Positions 40,946-52,906 of a stretch of DNA of 64,000 nucleotides are shown here, in pieces. Location of the stretch: assembly GCF_026571515.1 (NCBI RefSeq), contig NW_026861243.1, positions 310,001 through 374,000 of the forward strand. Reading direction: 5' to 3'. The notes under the pieces are model-generated. The model was not told the origin of the DNA, ran no database searches, and saw only the letters and a list, made by a program, of their open reading frames with translations. The stretch comes from Ruditapes philippinarum. Its lineage: Eukaryota. The first letter of the stretch is position 1, and each line of letters starts with the position of its first letter. The translations under genes were made by a program, and so were the position numbers.

Positions 40946-41678
40946 GACAACCCCCAGAAGGAGAAAATTCCATTTCATGAAAGATACCCCAAGATCCCAG
41001 GTTTACAACACCTTTAACAACACAAAGATTCTCGACGATTTTATAAAAGTTAATGGAGGAAATCCAAGCACACCAATTAGCCTCGAAAAATCCCCAATAT
41101 CATACTTTATTTCTGTTCCTGAGCCGCAAAAACGACCTAAGTCTATTTTGTCAAATGGTTCAACATATAGACACCAACATCCTCCCTCTGAACCTTATGT
41201 TATACCAATTAATGTAACTAAAACTGATTCAATGTATACTTCACCGAGAAAGGAACCTGTGCAAAACATAGAATATGTTCGAGTTAATCAAGAAAATAAC
41301 GTGATAGACGATACTGTAATTATTACTGACACGATTGAACCAGAATCTAAAACAAAACCCGTTGTTAAAAATGAGCCTGCACAACGAAAAAGTGTGTTGA
41401 AAAAGAAACCTGATGCCTCAGACGGCAGCGTTCTTATTCATATTGACAATCTAAGCCTTCCACCATTGTCCTCGAGGACATCAGATATTAATAGTTCGAT
41501 CGATACAGCATCAAATCGCAGTGTTATCGGTTCCACCCCTGGTAACCTGACACCAGAGAGACGGGATAGCGGAGCTGCAATTATTTCTACGGAGCCTATT
41601 GTTGATAGACATTCAGCAAACGCATATGTCCTACCAGGTAGCTCACCAGAAGACAGTTCTGTACTCTTTGTGCCCTGA
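40946..41678 (+). CDS. Receptor paralog A, exon 7 (~243-aa cytoplasmic tail, stop at 41678)
   Basis: Phase-2 acceptor ttttag|g joins in frame to the 233-aa ORF. Basic juxtamembrane RTTPRRRK; Ser/Pro-rich tail with several Tyr motifs. Confidence 0.82.
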
Positions 41679-44600
41679 TAAACAATTATAAAATATATAA
41701 TGTTAAGGCACGACATAATAGGTCTTTTATCGGTCCATCTGGATAACAAGTTTATGAATTTGTATTATATCAATGATATTATTGATACTGTTGATAAAAC
41801 CGATTTCAGGCATTGCGGAATTATTTAGCTCATCGGCCAGTGCGCTGGATTTGTCCAAAATGAACAAAATCATTAGTCGATGAAATATGTAATAATTATC
41901 TTTGCTATTATTCAGAAATGAACATTTATACAAGAATACAATATAATTAAATTATGTTTTAACCAAAAGCATTGAATTTGCTTTTCTTATAAGCAGAGAA
42001 TACATGAAACAAATAAGATTAAATTAACAATTAAATTTTCAGTACTCCGTCAACAAAGAAAATTTTGCTGATGGATCGCTTATGTATGTAATTTGTTGTT
42101 TTTGTTTATATATTTGCTGTTTGTTTGCCATTATCAAAAGGACATTTACAAATCATAATGTATTATCTGGTGAAATTAAAATATGTTTATATTTTTATAA
42201 AATAAATATAATTGATATTACTTGTTCTTTTTTGCAATGATGTTTGAACAATTTCACCAAAATAAAAGGTTCAATGCTCCTACAAACTAAACACAATTTT
42301 TATTGAGCTTCAATTAAGTACACAGATAAATGATACTGAACCGTACAATGAAAATCAGTAAGTGAGTGACTGCATTGGTGGGTTTTGGGTGGATAAAAAC
42401 ATCAGTTTATAATATTGCATTTGCTCACATACCATGTTTCAGAAACGATCTCTCATATTGTTCAAGTTACGTAAAGAATGGAGCAACTGACTTTAAGATA
42501 ACTAAAATATTTCCTTATAGATTAGTTCGGAATGAAGCAGAATGGGACTTAATTATTTGTATAAGCACTTGTACCGTACCTTAATTACCAATTCAAGGCT
42601 GGCCATACATCCCTATTCCTGTTTGTAAAAACAGTTATAACCTATGCAAATTCGTTGACAACACGTTCCATAAAATGTGCATTAAGCATTGTTCTTTTTG
42701 CAGTAGAAAAATATAGTATATAGTTCTATTGTCAGCGCTCTCACCGCTGGAAGATTTTTTTTAATTCGCAAGAATTTCCCGATTATCTGTTGTTTTTTTG
42801 CAGCAAGAAAAAGTACTTAAAACATTGATAATTTTCTTAGAAATTCAAAATAAAGTTTTCGAAGTTAAAGTTCTATTGTCCTGTTAAATGAGAACCATTA
42901 ATGTCTTTCAGAAAATCTCGTTTATTAACCCGGTGTGATTGAGTCATACGTATAGGAGTAAGTGAAAGCAATGTTCTTATTTAAGCAATGGAACAATAGA
43001 ATACATTGCATGTTATGTATTTCAATAAATGCCATCGAACGAAATGCTATATTCACAATAAGGATCACATTCAAACATCACCCCATATATCGATACATAA
43101 CAATCAATTGATTGATTGATTGATCTTTGTCTGGGCTGTGTGGAACAAAATTATCCAAAATGGGCTCATATATTGTCCAAACATTTTCTTTTTGTAAATC
43201 AATTCATCAAAATACGTAATAACACAAAGATGAAAATATTATATCGACTAAATCAAAGATTGAAAGAAAAAAATGAAATAAATGAAAAATGTGTTACAAC
43301 AAAACAAAAAATATAAGAATGTTGAAAGAAGCAGTTGGACAAACAGTTGATAAGGATCATAGCACAAATACGGCCTTTATTATCTTATATTGCAGATAAG
43401 TATTCGAAATTAGAAATTTTACTTACCGAAGTTTGACAAAAGATGTAATATGAACGAAGTTTATTTTACAAAATATGAACCGCGATATCTTGTCAGTTTT
43501 TAAGACGCATGAATCATTATTGTAGAATAAGGTTTCATATAGGAACATTGATTTTCTGAAGAACTGAAGAAGCAGTTTATTCTTTAAAATGAAATCAGTA
43601 TTTTTATTTATTTTCCAGTGGTCGGATGGTTTTACTCATTAGACACCTGTTTTCCGGAGAATTATTTTTTTCACAAAGTATAAAGCTTTTTTACCTTTTG
43701 GTTTACACTTTTTGGGGTTGGGCAAAAAAAAATTTTTTTTTCCCGAAAGTAAACTTTATAAAAAAAATGCTTAAAGAAAAAAGTTCTCGTGGGAAAAATT
43801 TTATCATTTAAAGTCGCAAGCTCAGAAATAGACAATATAAGGATAAACAAATATAAGATACTCAAATTTGAGTTTTGAAAATATTGATAATTGCTACACA
43901 GTCTCTTTGTATGTTAAAAATAAACATGTTTCAACTTCATTTAAGGTAGATGTGTTATGTTTTAAACCCTACACACTATAGGTGATCACAATATGAATAT
44001 ATAGTGTCATTGAAAAAAACTGGCAGTTTTTTTTTTAAAAAAGACCAGCTTTACTTGACCCATAAAAGGGAATGCAGCTCTGCATACTTAGTTTATTCAT
44101 TTTTTTATATTCAGTAAGAATTTTATGGATTTCAATACATTTCTAAGATAAAAATATTTTACCGGAAGATGAGCATAGTATATCTTTGAGTTCCATTTAC
44201 GGGTTGTGGCTTAATTTTACTTCAAACGAGAACAATTAGAATCACATTGAAAATCATAAAGTTGAAAGTGTAATATTCGATATAAGTGTAAATATAACAT
44301 CATAAGATATTTTTACTATCCTAACATTATTTACAATTAACAATGATTATCAATACAGCTTACATTTAATGTTAGCAAAACAAAATAAAAACATTGTTCA
44401 CTTCTTTTTGATATAAAGTTGATCATTTACTTGTATGTAGAAAGCGTTAAAGATTGACAGCTATCTATTCGTTTAAATTTTTTTGTAAAGTATATTTTTT
44501 CAATAATTTTGGGGAATAAAATACAAATTTGATAAATTTAAAATTTTTAGTTTACTAAGTTTTCTTATTACCCGGGCCCCCTTTGGGGTTTTTTCAAACT

Positions 44601-44903
44601 TTTATAAACAAAAAAATTCCAGGAAAATTATATTACCCTCCTTTTAAGGGTTATGCAAAAATTTTCAAAATTTTTAACCGATTTTTTGAAGTAAACCAAA
44701 TTTTTTTTTGTACAATAACAGAAACGTAAGGTCCCCTCCCTACTCGTTTAAAAATATTATAGTTCAAAGGGCACCTGGTCGTGGTCCCGGGGTTTAGCTG
44801 TTGCTGTAATACACCAAGGTATTTTTCCAACAGTACCCTCATTTCAATATAAAACATATGGATTTGGTCTTAGTTTGAATAACGGAATGAGAATTCAATT
44901 GAT

Positions 44904-44922
44904 TTACGTAGAAGCACATTTT
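44904..44922 (-). CDS. Receptor paralog B, putative last exon (RKCAST*)
   Basis: Strong polypyrimidine acceptor ttttttgcgttctcttcag|; phase 2 gives R-K-C-A-S-T-stop. An alternative acceptor near 45302 also gives a short tail (RDRKI*). Confidence 0.5.
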
Positions 44923-45505
44923 CTGAAGAGAACGCAAAAAAGAAATAAAGTAAATAAAAACATGATAATGTATTCTTTAGAATAAAAGTTTAACAAAACA
45001 GTTTTTAATGTTGTTCGTGAAATAAAGATGATACTGTAAAAGGCTGTAAAAAAGAAGTAGTTAATGGTAACAATGGTCATATTTAGTCAAATTATGCTTA
45101 TTTATAAAAATATGTTTGAAAATGGCACTTAAAAATCTTAAAAATAGAACTGTTTTCGACACTTAATGCTTATCAGATGTATAACTTTTAGTTCATAATC
45201 AATTAATATTAAAAATCCTTAAAAAGCAATTTTGGCAAAACTGAAGTTTCCCTTCACAATCTTAACATAAAAGATAAAGAACCTTTTAGATTTTCCTGTC
45301 TCTGAATATTACGATATTTTGGTATTTATAATCGTTTCTAATGTAAACCTTCTAAAGTACAATGCTTTTCATTCTGCTTTTGCTGTTCTGGGTTTACTAA
45401 GGCATTAAACCTATTATGCAACTAAAGAATACGATACTGTTTTTGACTGTGGATATTTTAGCGTACCGCATTTGCAAAGGCTATTGGATGATATTATACC
45501 ATTAC

Positions 45506-45611
45506 CTTCTCCAGTTTAACCAAAGACAGAAAGACGTGATGGCAACAAGACATAATATTAGCGGTAAATTAATTGCTAATATCAGGGTAACATATGTTGT
45601 TTTTTCATCAT
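45506..45611 (-). CDS. Receptor paralog B, exon 6 (transmembrane)
   Basis: Acceptor ttacag| and donor ag|gtaatg; 106 nt, as in A. DDEKTTYVTLILAINLPLILCLVAITSFCLWLNWRR. Not in the ORF track. Confidence 0.83.
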
Positions 45612-46399
45612 CTGTAATACAAAATTAGTTATTGCATAAATATGGTAAATATGTAAGTATTTATAAAAAAATTACATAAAACTGTGTACCTCAATATATT
45701 GTGGTAACGATGAACAGACACATTTGTCATGTTTCTAAAGAAATCATGAAATAATAATAAATGATAATAGTGTATTGACATCTTCTGAGACATTTTTATA
45801 TATGCAGTATATGCAATTCTTTTGTGGGAACGATTTTTAATTTCAATGTTATTTTTTGTTTTGTTTTGTGTAACATATGTCATTGTATTTTCTGATACTT
45901 CAGTTACAGTGTAGGGCATCAACAATATCAACAATCATCGAATGTTTGGAGAAGATCCATTTCGATAGATAAAGAAATACCAGCAAAATTTTTCATAAGA
46001 AGTTACATAATAGATATTTTCATATCATAATTAATCTAAAAGCAACTAACTTAAAGGTCTCTTTACTATGTATCAAAACTTTAACTTTACACGCAACACT
46101 ATGTCTCTTGAGACCAAAACTCTTAAGTATCACAATTTAAACCGATATAAATTACACAATGCTTAAGGATGTTTGCTTTTAAATTAGTAATACTTACAAA
46201 ATAACATTTACATATTCACACATATTCTGTATCGGTTATCATAAATTAAAGTGTTTTTCATAAACCAACTTGTTTCTATGAGTAACTAAACTAACTTGGT
46301 TTTGATTTTCAAAGCTATATATACAGAAAAAACACTATATTTAGTCCACCATCGGGACTGGACCAAAGTGGTTTTCAATGCGAGGTTGTGGATATTCTT

Positions 46400-46613
46400 A
46401 TCAATGATCTACAATTTATTTTCTCATTTTATTTCATACAGCAACCCAATAATAACTGTTTTGACACCTTGCTTATCCCTGGGACGTTGAGACAAGTGAC
46501 CATTAGACGCAAAGTTCAAAATGAATTGTCACGGAGAAATTGCGTCACTTTCGAGGATCGAACATGCGACCCCGGATTTCTAACCGTTGCTCTCCCTAAT
46601 GAGTAAAGCGGGA
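46400..46613 (-). mobile_element. Degenerate tRNA-derived SINE
   Basis: Minus-strand head tcccgctttactcattagggagagc..gtcgcatgttcgatcc resembles A/B boxes. Confidence 0.45.
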
Positions 46614-46834
46614 TGACGAAAGAAAATTAATATGTAATCGAGTATAATTATTTAATAAGTAATATGTTTCAAAAGTAAAAAAATGTCTCTAATCATTTGC
46701 TAGCATAATATAAGCAAATGATATATACATTTTGATTTTTAGTAATATGTGAAAATTTTGTTTAAAAAAGAATGACCATCATAATGGTAATGAAACAAAA
46801 CAAAATAAAATATATGGTATTGATGTATAGTTAC

Positions 46835-47266
46835 CTCCATCAAGACCTCCTTCACTTGGTATGCGATTTGTAGTGGTCGTTTTGGATAATGTTGTTGTTC
46901 TTTTTGTTGATGTTGACGGTAAAAGTGGTGACAGTTTTAGTGTTGTTTTCGTTGGTTTTTGTGTTTTTTCTGTTGTAAGTTTGGTGGTTGTGGTTTGTTT
47001 TAGTGTTGTCGTCGTTGTTGGTGGTTGTAATGAAGATGTAGTTGAAGAAGGGGTTGTTGTGATTGGCATTTGTGTTCTTGTTGCTGGTGTTGTTGAGGTT
47101 TGATTTGTCATCGTTGTTGTATGTGAGGTCGTTTTTGGTTCTGTTGTAGTAGTTGTTGTTGTTGTTGTGGTGGTGGTGGTGGAAGTAGTGGTGGTGGTTG
47201 GCGTTGTTGTTAAGTCCGCAGATTCCATTTCCTTACAAGTCACCTGGATACCGTTGTTAACATCAG
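46835..47266 (-). CDS. Receptor paralog B, exon 5 (mucin stalk)
   Basis: Acceptor tacatag| and donor g|gtaact; 432 nt, phase 1-1. ADVNNGIQVTCKEMESADLTTTP...SEGGLDG. Confidence 0.87.
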
Positions 47267-47823
47267 CTATGTAAATGTAGAATTTTGTTACGTTTGATTG
47301 ATTATTCTAACATGACCCGCATTTTTCCCTATTGAACATAGAAGGACTGAAAGTGTGTGTTATTATGCAATAAAATCACTGTTGAAGTTCTATATTAAAT
47401 TAGACCACTAAAAAAGCGACGCGCTGGAAATTAGTACGGAAACAAATCAGGCGCAATTTAGTTTAATATCAGGTACGGCAGTATTTATCTGTTGCTGTGG
47501 TAAAATCGAAATCATATATCCAAATCGGTGATTTTGTCGCTTGATAAAATCACTGTTTGTCGTCCGGATGCGTATCATTATATTACTCGGGCTACGCCCT
47601 CGTAATATAATTCCCTGCACAGTGATTGAGCAATAAAATGACAAAATTGATAAAATAATCGTTAGCATTATAAAAACATCATCTTTATATATTGTTAACT
47701 TTTTTCATAAAAAATATCCAAAGTTAATAAAGATCCGTTTTGTGAATTAAGGTTTGCAATCTCCTTTATACTTTATCATCAAAAATTACTTTATTATCGA
47801 AAATGCGGAAATTCAAATTAAAC

Positions 47824-47966
47824 NNNNNNNNNNNNNNNNNNNNNNNNNNNNNNNNNNNNNNNNNNNNNNNNNNNNNNNNNNNNNNNNNNNNNNNNNNNNN
47901 NNNNNNNNNNNNNNNNNNNNNNNNNNNNNNNNNNNNNNNNNNNNNNNNNNNNNNNNNNNNNNNNNN
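47824..47966. other. Assembly gap (143 N), within intron 4 of B
   Basis: Run of N. Confidence 0.99.
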
Positions 47967-48076
47967 CACCACTCAAGGATTCAAGCAAAAAGCAATATTT
48001 GCTCAATACTTATGTGTAAATATCAACAATTCAGACTTAATCTAAAAATAATTAAAAGATTTTAAACATCGTTCAC

Positions 48077-48505
48077 CTTTCAGCGAGATCCAGACCATCG
48101 CTGGAGAATCTAGTGCACCTTTTTCATGTAGACCGGTTAATGATATTTCCGAAACTGTTCCAGCTGGCATAACAATGGTTTCTTGTTTATCATTATAAAA
48201 GGTGTATCTATAGTGTTGATCAGTAGGTTGACATTGGGCAGCAAGAACATACGACCTGAAGAACGCTGACGAACAGTTGGCAACACTTTGATTTAAACCT
48301 TTCTGATGACTTTCCAATCGAACATCTATTGTTTTGAATATCACATTTTGTTGTGATCCACGATTCGTTACTGTGCATAAACAGTCTTTGCTGGCTTTTG
48401 CTGGGTCAAATTTCTCCAAAGATCCGTCAAACATGATTTCAGCATAGCTGTAAATACCGGTGTTCGTACCAGTTGGGCCACCGCAAAAAGGAATTTTTGA
48501 TGATG
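48077..48505 (-). CDS. Receptor paralog B, exon 4 (CUB-like beta domain)
   Basis: Acceptor ttaacag| and donor g|gtgaac; 429 nt, open frame. ASSKIPFCGG..DCLCTV..FKTIDVRLE..CSSA..MVWISLK. The CUB assignment is tentative. Confidence 0.85.
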
Positions 48506-48635
48506 CTGTTAAACAATAACATTTTTAGAGTGTAGTTTATCCTATGATTTGCTAGGTCAATCAAACCAGATATGTTTTGAAAGATTTTTCTAGAATATCT
48601 GGATTAAGATTAATGAAAGGGAGGGGTTGGAATAG

Positions 48636-49134
48636 TACGGTGTTCCGTTTGGACAATCTTGATTTTCCATTTCGTTCCTACGCGCGATGCACGATGGAAC
48701 GATAGTAAAAACGCGATGGCACGATGACACGATAATGAAAACACGATGGTACGATGGTGAAATCGCGATGGTACGATGGTGAAAACGCGATTGTATATCG
48801 TGTTTTCAACATCGTACCATGGCGCTGTCACCATCGTACCATCGCGCTATCGTGTTTTCACCATCGCGCTTTCACCATCGTGTTTTCACCATTGTACCAT
48901 CACGCTTTCACCATCGTGCAATCGCGTTTTCACCATCGTACCATCGCGTTTTCACCATCGTACCATCGCGCTTTCACCACCGTGCCATCGCGTTTTCACC
49001 ATCGTACCATCGCGCTTTCACCATCGTTCCATCGCGTTTTCATCATTGTACCATCGCGTTTTCACCATCGTGCCACCGTGCATCGCGGGTACAGACTAAA
49101 TAAATAATCACGATTGACAAAATGGAACACCGTA
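48636..49134. mobile_element. MITE with TACGG..CCGTA termini, 6-bp TSD and internal inverted ccatcg arrays (IS3EU-like)
   Basis: TIR tacggtgttcc(g/a)ttt; TSD gaatag at 48630-48635 and 49135-49140. Internal ~20-bp units caccatcgtaccatcgcgttt. Confidence 0.85.
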
Positions 49135-49222
49135 GAATAGTGACTAAAAAACTGGGATAAAGAAGCTGATAGCAGTAGACAAAAATGGTAGAGTGCATTA
49201 CTTTCTTTGTTATCCTAGTTTA

Positions 49223-51130
49223 CACGGTGCATATCCATATCGGTACCCTCTTTGCAAAATCTACTCAAACGGTACCCTCTTTGCCAAGCACAGGTCATTC
49301 TTTGCTTAAAACAAACCAACGATGAATAACAATCCAGTAAAATTTCATTGTAATAAGGAAAGGAGGTATGACACGTGGAAAAGATGTATACCATATATAT
49401 ATGTGGGCTTAAATGAACCAGTGGCTTGATTATATATGCATCATACATGTTTCATATGTTCATTTGTATATCATCTTCGGACAAATGGCAGTCAAAAATA
49501 AATGTAAAATTGATAAAAACACCATACTTTCGGTTTCTACCTCTTTGCTATTGAATTTTTATATCACAGGTACCCTCTCATTTTTAACACACGGGTACCC
49601 TCAAAGCACGACGCTATTATTTGTGTTAATCGTTAGTATGCAATATTTCTTACTTTTATGTACGTATATATTCTATAGTGTAATGATACGGAGTTCTGTT
49701 TTTCACAAATGTGAAGAAATAAGAGAAGATAGAAGAGCACAATTGTAAACTTATGATGCTTAAAATTAGATCTGGTCAGTGGTAGGAATCGCCTGTCTTA
49801 AATAAGAACTGCCTATTCAAGCATTAATGAAATTGTACTGCATGTAAAGGTCAAGGTAAACGAGTCAGATTAAACTGATATATCATTTATTGTCTAGCAG
49901 ATTTTTGGGTGAGTGGAAGAAGATCTGATATGCCCCTCTTTCAGTATTTCAGAAAAATCATAGACAATTGCTAGGTTGTTGTGTAGCTTACTAACATAAA
50001 ATAATTTGATTCATTCAGGATTCGAACCAATATGAGTTTCTAACAATCAAAATGCAACAATATAAAATTTATAACACTAATAACTATATCGCACAACAGG
50101 TAATGCTGTTATCGTATCATCGAATCGACATCGTTGTTAAACTATGCAAGCTTTTCCCTAGGTTATGGCATTGTAATACTGTGCTTTTACCAAGACAGGA
50201 CAATACCACGATGACCCACTTGAAGCACCGTAGTTATAGGAAATATTTTATACTTTTCAGATATACGTGAGAATGTCATTTATATATTATAGAACGGTGA
50301 TTTTGGTGTCCTGTTCTACATGTAGTTTCAAAAAATATACTCACTGGCATTTTACCTAATCAATATTTTGCTTCAGTCAGTCAGTATAATAATAGTAATT
50401 TAGTATTTTGTATGGAAGTAAAATCATTACATTATTACATATTGCTCCAATTATGACAAATAACTTCACATTTAGCATTATTTCCCTCACCTCGGACATA
50501 AGAAAAAAAAGAAAAGATTCGTACTGTGCTGCTTTTTAAATTTCATCAATTTAGGCTTTCGCTCATGATAAATTTTATTGAATGTATTTGCACTTGTTTA
50601 TTTTAATTTGTTTGTTTATTTATTTATTTATTCATTCATTGAATAAATGTTAAGCCGAATAATTGCGTATAATTACCTATATTAAAAAGTCTTATTCCAT
50701 TGCGCTTTTATGTACTGTGCTATGACGGGTACCCATTGAATAACAGGCTACATGTGATAATAAAAAATCAATAGCAAAAAGGTGGCCCGTTTCGCTGCAA
50801 AACCGAAAGCAGGATGATTTTATAAATTTTACATTTATTTTTGACTAATAACTGCTATTTTCCCGAAGATTATGTATAAATGACATGTCGATTTTATTTA
50901 GCTTATTATAGGGTTGCAATAATTGAAAATGGACACACTAAAATAAGCACTCAAAGAAAGTGTTACTTGGTATACATATTTTCCACATGACATAACTTCT
51001 TTCGTCAGTTGAAGAACATTAGCTGGATTGTTATTCATCGCTGTTTCTTTTATCAAAAATAGCCTGTGCATGTGCAAAAGGGTACCGAGTATATTTTGCA
51101 AAGAGGGTACCGGTTTTGAGATGCACCGTG
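49223..51130. mobile_element. Non-autonomous CAC-terminal DNA transposon with 5-bp TSD (Transib/RAG-like; Chapaev/CMC not excluded)
   Basis: TIR cacggtgcat..cggtaccctctttgcaaaat at both ends (~70 bp, imperfect). TSD gttta at 49218-49222 and 51131-51135. Confidence 0.75.
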
Positions 51131-51166
51131 GTTTATGTCTATTTCTTTTTTATCATGTTTAAGAAC

Positions 51167-51266
51167 CACACACACACACGCACGCACGCAAGCATGCACA
51201 CACACACGGACGGACGCACGCACGCACGCACACACACACACACACACACACACGCACGCAAACACG

Positions 51267-51301
<35 letters not shown>
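51167..51301. repeat. (CA)n/(CACG)n compound microsatellite
   Basis: Seen directly. Confidence 0.92.
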
Positions 51302-51340
51302 CGAGAGCAGTTTAATGTTAAAGTCAATGAATAAACCAAC

Positions 51341-51581
51341 CTTCCTCACAGTCGTATTCAAGCTGAACAAAAGATGAATAAATAAGATCACCATTGTTAT
51401 CTGTTGCTTGGAGCAGTTGCCAATTAGCTTGGATGTCTGTACATCTCTGTCGACCAGAACAGTTTGTATACGTATTGTAATTATTTTCTAAAGTTAAAAA
51501 TTCTAAAATATCATTTCCTCCTGAAGCATAAGAACAACATGTTGCTTTAAGTTCACAATGTCGATCAGCGTTTCCACAGAT
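51341..51581 (-). CDS. Receptor paralog B, exon 3
   Basis: Acceptor tttcag| and donor g|gttggt; 241 nt; 73/80 aa identical to A exon 3. Confidence 0.88.
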
Positions 51582-51826
51582 CTGAAACAAAATTTCCATG
51601 AAAAATAATATGAATCTGGAGGCATGCTGCTAAAGGTTATGATATAAATTTATTCATATACGCGCACGCACATTTTATTCATGAATGATGTACCACCTTA
51701 CAATTTCGTTTTAATGAAATGTTTCAGTACTAAAATATGAAGTTAAGGCGAAAGATACTATGTCCGACTTGTATGTGAAATTTACTTAAGATATCTGAAA
51801 AGAAATGCAAATATATAATTACATAC

Positions 51827-51972
51827 CGGATTAATTGTAGTATTTTTATATCCAGCGTACAAATTATTCAATTTGATGACCTGATTTGACGGACATTGCA
51901 TAGAGAAAAAGTCACATGGCTGGGTTCCATAACATGCGCTCGAACTTTCTCCATAAACTGCTTGCATGACCA
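51827..51972 (-). CDS. Receptor paralog B, exon 2
   Basis: Acceptor tttcag| and donor ccg|gtatgt; 146 nt. VVMQAVYG-ESSSACYGTQPC...NTTINP. Confidence 0.88.
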
Positions 51973-52227
51973 CTGAAATAGTAGGTTTGCATTTTCAGCA
52001 TATATTGAGGTGTTATGATTAAAAGCGTACACGTCGGTCTTACTTATTTATGATTTGGAAAAAATGTACACATCATGAAAAATTCTTTCACAATTACACG
52101 AACAGCTTCAAAGGTCAATTATTCACAATAAAGAATAAAAATCTTCTTATATATAAAAAAGAATTATGTAACATAAACTTATTAAATAAGTAATGTTCAT
52201 ATTTTAAAATAAAACATGGAATCTTAC

Positions 52228-52270
52228 CTTCAAATAAAGAAGCAAGAACCAAAATGATCGACGAATCCAT
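52228..52270 (-). CDS. Receptor paralog B, exon 1 (signal peptide)
   Basis: aagATGg start; MDSSIILVLASLFE, then donor g|gtaaga, phase 1. Joins exon 2 to give a plausible signal peptide. Full model is 471 aa. Confidence 0.75.
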
Positions 52271-52906
52271 CTTTTGTATATATATAGAATTCATCTCCTT
52301 TTCATTTAGTCAACAGGATATGCATGTTTAAAAATGTATAAAATACGTTTCAATTAATGTCTGAAATGTATTCAGCACTCCTTAACAATACGGAAGAATA
52401 ATATCAACGCTTTACACATGATTGCTCGTATACAAAGACCAAGGTGTTACTAGTAAGTTATGTTTGAAAGATATCAACTTACTAAAACGACATAGCTCGT
52501 TCAAATATACACTTTATATTGTGCAATTTACTTGAATGTAATCTTTTTTTTTTGCTTTTTGCATGAATACATAAAAAAGAAAGTATGACCACATTTATTG
52601 CAATACTTATTTTTCAATATTTTCAACCTAATAATAGAATAATGTAAAGTTAATAATTTTAACATGCCGAGACCGTATAAAATACTTGTCCCATGGATAT
52701 TTTTCTGAATATGTTGTTTATAAGTTCGAAGTTAAAAAAAAATATATATCCTTTTTTTAAACTGAAATGTAAGAAGGATGAGAATTTTCTTAACTTGTGA
52801 AGGATTAATTGTTTGCATGCAAAAATATTTACATCCATGATTCAAGAGACGAATGATTGTTTTTACTTTTTAGTCAAAATTTATTGCATTATCATAAATG
52901 TATATA

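Noticed and set aside
44500-44860. Possible hidden long cytoplasmic exon of B
   Set aside because: Stops in all frames and no similarity to A's tail; not fully excluded because the sequence here looks error-rich.
47447-47668. 73-aa minus ORF with a hydrophobic start, considered as an extra exon of B
   Set aside because: Exon 4 joins exon 5 in phase without it, and no intact counterpart is evident in A; treated as intronic, though the adjacent gap limits certainty.
48610-49107. Repetitive ORFs (VFTIVPSRFHHR etc.), plus those at 56097-57317 and 51053-51394
   Set aside because: Translations of MITE internal repeats and microsatellites.
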